Source: Girardia tigrina (Eukaryota). From it: DNA of 55,990 nucleotides. Of the stretch, positions 52,900-55,990 are shown one piece after another. The first letter of the stretch is position 1, and each line of letters begins with the position of its first letter. The DNA lies in the NCBI GenBank assembly GCA_001938485.1, contig MQRK01231190.1, positions 6,837-62,826 on the forward strand, given 5' to 3'. A model generated the notes under the pieces. The model searched no databases and was not told where the DNA came from. It saw only the letters and a program-made list of their open reading frames with translations. The translations under genes were made by a program, and so were the position numbers.

Positions 52900-54954
52900 A
52901 GGTTACTGAACTTATTTCAACAAAGGAACAAATTTCAACAGAAAATTTATTTTCAACTAAGGAACTAATTTCAACAAAGGAACTAATTTCAACAATATGT
53001 ATTATTCATTACTTTTTAAACTATTTGTGAGTGTTGTGATCATGTTAAATGAAATAAAAAACATTTTAATCAAATAAAATTACAATTAAAATAAAATAAT
53101 ATTGTTTAAATTAACTGTATTGTACAAAAATCACCTTTTTGCATTTGTTGGTAAATCGATAAGTGTAAACCTCCGAACATTTCAGTGGGTAAGTGATTAT
53201 TCAAAATTATGTTTAATTTATACATTAAATCGCTCTACTGCTCATTATCATGCTATATATAGAAAGATTAGAGATTTTTACCAACAGACAGAATAATATA
53301 TACTTTTGAAAAGTTTAAAGACATACGAATCGGTCGTCCTAATCATCAATTAAATATTGAAAGATTCAAAAACTATTTTTCTAGGACTTGGTTGAGAGAT
53401 TTACAATTAATCAGCTGGTTTGATTCTAATTATAAAACAAACAATTTTAGTGAAACTTTTAACAAGAAATTAAAAACCACCTTTGCTGTCCACCATGCAA
53501 AACCATGGTTTCTTACTGAAAGATTGAATAAAATAATTAAAGACTTTGACTTAGAAATTTTAAGAATTATTAACAATTTAATCACGACTCGGCAAAGTAA
53601 TCCAGGACATCTAATCACACTGCCTTCAAATCTTAAAGATCAATTGATTTTCAATGAAATAAATGAATTTGAATTCCTCATGCGATTTCTCCAATTTGAT
53701 GAATTACCACTTGAAATGCAGCATTTATTACCAAAATTTTCAGACAATAATTTATCAGACTTAGGTGGAAATTCAGATGGTTCCGAGAATAACAATTCAT
53801 TAGGGTCCAGTGGCAGCGATTATTCTGAAACATTTTATGGAAATGATATTTCGATTGCATTTCTTAGAAATATACCAAATGGTACTGAAATAGACAGAAA
53901 TTGTGTAGTTTGTTTCCGAAATGGTGCAGGAAATATACGATTTAATTGTGAACATTCAACTATTTGCCGCAGATATGCAAAAAGAGGAGTCAAAATTGCA
54001 TCTGAAAACAATCAGATATATCAATGTCCCGTGTGCGGAGCTGAAGTTATAAAATTGGATATAATTTATAAGTTTTGTATAATACAATTTATTCATGACT
54101 TTTTTCAGAATTTTTTTCCTATTATAATAATCTTATTACATATAAAATAGTTCATTAGTTGAAATTAGTTCATTTATTGAAAATACTTTTTCTGTTTGTC
54201 ACCGCCACCTCATGTCTTGACATTTCTGGAAACTCTGAGCCCCCAGAGTTTTTTAGTGGTTCAACATCAAACCCGATGTGTGATATTTCTGTAGGTATTT
54301 TCGATTGGGTGGCCGGACGCGTCTCCCTCATCCTTCATCTATAAATAGTGAAGGTTTTGGAGCGCCTTCAAGTTCTGGAGGCCAGTATGGGCGAGTAGCC
54401 CCTCATTGTTTATTTACATCGTTAAAATTATATGATCATGCCAACATCTTGTGTAAGCGTCTCACTCTGTAAATGTAGTAATATTTAACGTACTAATTAA
54501 CTTATGCATATCACATTCCATGCAGACCATAGTTATAATTATTTGAATCAAAGAGACAGATCTGTTAGAAATCACATAATTTTAATAGTTTTCGGATACA
54601 TAGAATTCATATTAACCGTAGATATTATGTTTGGTTGATCTTATCTATTAAATGTTAAATTTTATTTGTTTCATAATTTAGTAAAACTATATACATCAAT
54701 AATTAAGTGCTTTTATATTGATAAATCGATTATTCACAGCATTGGAAGCAATGACTCATATGAGTCAACTGTTGAAATCAGTTCCTTAGTTGAAATTAAA
54801 CATTCTGTTGAAATTAGTTCTTTTGTTGAGATTAGTTCCTTAGTTCAAATTAAATTTTCTGTTGAAATTAGTTCTTTTGTTGAAATTAGTTCCTTAGTTG
54901 AAATTAAATTTTCTGTGGAAATTAGTTCCTTTCTTGAAATTAATTCTGCACCCC
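52900..54954 (+). mobile_element. Mutator-like element (MULE) with tandem-repeat TIRs
   Basis: 9-bp TSD CTTTGGTAG (52891-99, 54955-63); inverted arrays of ~18-nt units AATTTCAACAAAGGAACT / AGTTCCTTAGTTGAAATT at both ends. Confidence 0.9.
53356..54150 (+). pseudogene. MULE transposase C-terminus fused to a C3HC4 RING finger; 5' part deleted
   Basis: FKNYFSRTWL...W...KTNNFSETFNKKLK....HHAKPW, Ser/Asn/Gly linker, then CVVC...NCEHSTICRRY...CPVCGAEV. Confidence 0.8.
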
Positions 54955-55885
54955 CTTTGGTAGAGGTATTCGATTACAGTTTTGATTTCCTTTTTTTCCT
55001 CTTTGACGTTCACTCTTCAGCAGTTCGCTTATACATACTCTTTTCATCCCTCATCGATCTCCGCTGTAAACGGATCGAACGAAATCGATTTTAGTGGCGC
55101 ATCTGCCCAAAGACTGACCACAACATGACTATTGATCATGTTTGAAAGCACTATATTGATTGAACATCTTTATTTTCGAACGTTTACTCAATCTTTAACA
55201 GTCTCGGAACTTTTAGTGCCTGATACTGACTATCAACTGAAAGATGATCTTCTTTTATGATTTTTAAACCTCCATCAATTTTGAAAAAATAAAATAAAAA
55301 AACTGAAATTACTTTTTACCAATAAAAAAACTTTAATTTAAATTTTTATGGATCCAAATTCTGTGTCATTCATACGGAGTCTTCTACTTATACGAAAATG
55401 TTCGACAAAATAGAGGACAAGTAACAGTAACTCTTACATAATAAATATAAAATAACTAAAAATTAACAGAATATTAATAAATAAATAAGAATCATAAAAA
55501 TAAAATGAATAAAAATACAAAAATAATAAAATTTATCATAAATTAAATATTTATCTGAACAATATTCACCTAATGGCAAATAATTCTGATTAAATTAATT
55601 TTGTCCATCAATTGATTAATTAATCAATTAATTAATCAAGAATTATCTTTCGGAATTATTACCACCTAAATGACTCAAAGATCTCAGCACCCGCATAATT
55701 GAATGGGCTTGAGATTGATTCAAAACTGGAGGACAAATTAATTATTTTTAAGTAAACTGAACCTCACATCCTTTAATGCATTAGGTCCTGGGTTTTTTTA
55801 GGAAGCCTGGTACGCTGATCGTGCCTTCATACCACTACCTTCAATTAGGGGGAAAATGGGCATTCGGCCTACACCCCCCCCTAGC

Positions 55886-55990
55886 CGTAACCATGACAAC
55901 GGTATAGGTTATCGCGGTTACCATGGCAACGGTCGCGGTTACCATGGCAACGGTCGCGATTACCTTAGTTACGGTCGCGGTTACCATGGC
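55886..55990. repeat. 21-bp tandem repeat containing an X-box-like palindrome; runs off the window
   Basis: TCGCGGTTACCATGGCAACGG at 55912, 55933, a variant at 55954 and a partial unit at 55975. Confidence 0.9.

Larger units (their letters stand above)
52010..55000 (-). mobile_element. mariner (irritans-like) remnant split by a MULE insertion
   Basis: AVIEYLYQ (~54960-54982) rejoins ETLGDSFPTYSLVKRWVKEFKLGRTSTED (<52891); also HVPRMLTDEQEKKRV, FVTMDKT.IHYFDPET, LFHRLKEH. Confidence 0.88.

Noticed and set aside
52217-52909. Plus-strand short ORFs opposite transposases (also 1671-1883 and 22209-22496)
   Set aside because: Antisense shadows of transposase coding sequence.
54666-55094. 142-aa ORF with EISSLVEIK repeats
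   Set aside because: It is a translation of the MULE terminal repeat array.

Overview
Very AT-rich, gapped eukaryotic (most likely invertebrate animal) genomic DNA with no intact host gene. It is a dense graveyard of nested transposons and decayed host-gene copies. DNA transposons include Tc1, IS630-like, mariner, rosa/DD41D, maT, pogo/Tc5, piggyBac and pogo MITEs, a young Chapaev element (CAC termini, 4-bp TSD) and a MULE (9-bp TSD) whose transposase remnant is fused to a RING finger. Retroelements include Penelope-like elements and two Ty3/Gypsy remnants. Host fragments resemble TECPR2 joined to STIP1, RPS18, TAO kinase, an EGFR-like receptor, a twin-CX9C protein and an SF2 helicase. The best non-coding signals are an HDV-like ribozyme heading a ~400-bp insert, three minimal hammerhead ribozymes (two beside Penelope ORFs), two adjacent arrays of covarying 4-nt-loop hairpins, and an RFX X-box tandem array. 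All assignments come from manual translation and motif recognition; no searches were run.
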